From Mustelus asterias (taxonomy: Eukaryota), in the NCBI RefSeq assembly GCF_964213995.1, contig NC_135813.1:41354001-41418000 (forward strand): 64,000 bases of DNA, in the 5' to 3' direction. The translations under genes were made by a program, and so were the position numbers. How positions within the stretch are numbered: position 1 is the first letter of the stretch; each line of letters begins with the position of its first letter. Below are positions 61,887-64,000 of this stretch, piece after piece. Under the pieces are notes generated by a model that saw only the letters and a program-made list of their open reading frames with translations, was not told the origin of the DNA and did no database searches.

Positions 61887-62737
61887 CTGCAATTATTAGA
61901 AAAGATCCACTTACACAAGTGTGTGATGTTCAAACAACAAGACATGCGCTCGCACTTCTTTCAAAAATCTACTCATTAAAACAAAGTCAACTTCAATACC
62001 CTTGTATCAATTTTTGAAATGATAACCTCAATGCATTAGTTTAGCAAACATTGATTTTATTGATGATCTTGTGACTTTAAATGTATAGCATCCCAGACGA
62101 CAGGTAACCAGTACCCAGAATCTTCCACACATTGGGCGGAATTTAATCCAGTTGATGGGGGGTCTTGCTTGTCGGCTGGTGAATCGGTCAAGTCATCAGT
62201 AGATTTCGTTTTAGATTATGTCCTTTGTTTCTTTGTTATTCATTCATAACATGGGCGTTGTTGACTGGCCAGCATTTTTTGCCCATCCCTAGTTGCCCTT
62301 GGCTAGGCCATTTCAGAGGGCCGTTGAGAGTCACATGTAGGCCAAATCAGGTAAGGACGGCAGATTTCCTTCCCTAAAGGACATTAGTGAACCAGGTGCG
62401 TTTTCCAGACAATTGACAATGGTTTCATGGTCATCAGTAGATGCTTAACGCCAGATATTTTTTAATGAATTCAAATTCCACCACCTGCCAGTCCCCAGAA
62501 CATTAGCTGAGTTTCTTGATTAATAGGCTAGCGATAATACCACTAAGGCATTGCCTGCTAAAGATATTCTGATTGTGTCGATTACTACTGAAGCCAAGCT
62601 CAGAGTCGTAAAGTCTCCAGTGTATCTCACAGACTCAGACTGTTCACTGCTAGCTGGCTGCCATTGACGCTGTTTCTCGTTCGGATCCAAACGCTAGCGT
62701 TCATTAATACATGAGCAAAATCCTGTAGATCCTGGAA

Positions 62738-63056
62738 ATCATAGAATCCCTACAGTACAGGAGGAGGCCATTTGGCCCATCAAATCTGTTCCGACCACAA
62801 TCCCATCCAGGCCCTATTCCTTAATCCTCATTTATCCTGCTAATCCCCCTGACACTAGGGTCAATTTAGCTTGGCCAATCAACCTAACCTGCACATCTTT
62901 GGACTGTGGGAGGAAACCAGAGCACCCGGAGGAAACCCACACAGACACGGGGAGAATGTGCAAACTCCACACAGACAGTGACCCGAGGCTGCAATTAAAC
63001 CCAGGCCTCTGACGCTGTGAGGCAGCAGTGCTAACCACTGTGCCACCGTGCTGCCC
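62738..63056 (-). mobile_element. HE1-type V-SINE (type A); partial copies at 61381-61565 and 63882-64000
   Basis: Reverse consensus. Confidence 0.88.
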
Positions 63057-63059
63057 AAG

Positions 63060-63240
63060 TCTGAAATCAGAAAATGTTGGAAGTGCTCAGTAGGTCATAC
63101 AGCCTCTGTGAAGCGAGAAACGGAGTTTACGTTTCAGGTTAGTGATCTTTCTTCAGAGTGTCGAAACGTCAATCCTGTTTCCTTCCTCACAGACGCCGCC
63201 CGAGTGTTTCCGGCATTTTCTGTCTTGATGCCAGTCTTCA
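63060..63240. repeat. Older palindromic Penelope terminal-repeat doublet
   Basis: cagaaaatgttggaa...ctgtgaagcgagaaac...acgtttc versus gaaacgt...gtttccttcctcacag...ccggcattttctg. Confidence 0.68.
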
Positions 63241-63589
63241 TTCTCACTGCTCAGCAACTCGCAATTAACTGAGAGATTTCCTGCTCTCGGCACCTTCCCA
63301 TCACTTCACTGGGGTCACTGAGCTCGGCAATCATACAGATCACATCTATGTCATAGTGTTGTGACCATCAGGTGACTGCACCACAAACATTAATGGAAAG
63401 TCCATTAGTTGGCCCATTAGAGTGCTCATGCCATCTCTACACACTGCATGCTTTGACAGTGACAAACTCTTGAAGAGGTTCAATATTAGCAAAGCAATAG
63501 CTGCATCCATATGAGCATACTGAAGATTGTATCGATATTGGTATCCTGTGTGATGGTACACTGAGGGGGCGTATCAGTACACTGACTAA

Positions 63590-63880
63590 TGTACCGCTCT
63601 GATACTCTTATCCATGTCTTTGTTACCTCTAGATTCAATTATTCCAACATTCCCCTGACCGGTCATTCATTTTGCATCCTCCATAAATCTAACTTCATCC
63701 AAAACTCTGCTGTCCAAAGCTTCACTTGTACCAAGTGCTGCTCACCCTTGCTCCCTGTGCTTGCTGACTGATGCTGGCTCCTGGTCCAGCAATGTTTCAA
63801 TTTTGAAATTATCATCCGTTTTTTTCAAATCCTTCCATGTCCTCACCCTTCCTCATTTCTGGAACTTCCTCCAACTTATA
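63590..63880 (+). mobile_element. L2-like LINE fragment
   Basis: DTLIHVFVTSRFNYSN...IQNSAV resembles the L2 ORF2 motif LIHAFVTSRLDYCN..QNSAAR. Confidence 0.75.
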
Positions 63881-64000
63881 ATCATAGAATCCCTACAGTG
63901 CAGAAGGAGGTCATTCAGCCTATCGAGCCTACACTGACTCTCTGACAGAGTATTTTACCCAGTCTCTATCTCTCCGCCCTAGCCCTGTAACCCCCCACAC

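Noticed and set aside
1-64000. CRISPR array, operon or other prokaryotic system
   Set aside because: No regular repeat-spacer structure or long intronless genes; the sequence is spliced vertebrate DNA.

Overview
Vertebrate genomic DNA, most likely from a shark (inferred from HE1/V-SINE-type repeats, CR1, Rex/Babar and Penelope elements). The window lies inside one minus-strand gene, ABCA2 (ABC transporter A2). I traced 13 consecutive coding exons from 61886 down to 1681 (2194 nt, about 730 codons). All have GT-AG boundaries and compatible phases. They encode the end of NBD1 (H-loop), the regulatory linker, TM7, the second extracellular domain and part of TMD2; both gene ends lie outside the window. 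The introns (0.7-16.6 kb) are full of transposons: about 30 HE1-type V-SINEs with two different 3' tails, a second tRNA-SINE family, DeuSINE-like relics, CR1, Rex/Babar and L2-type LINE fragments, Penelope-like elements with hammerhead ribozyme motifs, a decayed Gypsy element with nested insertions, solo LTRs and GC-rich MITE-like elements. Most ORFs in the supplied track are repeat-derived or spurious. The most unusual observations are (1) a templated inverted copy of a SINE tail plus about 100 bp of non-SINE flank that brackets a 432-nt in-frame exon pair, (2) tail-swapped V-SINEs, and (3) palindromic Penelope derivatives that fold near the predicted hammerhead cleavage site. Repeat family names come from recall, not from a database search.
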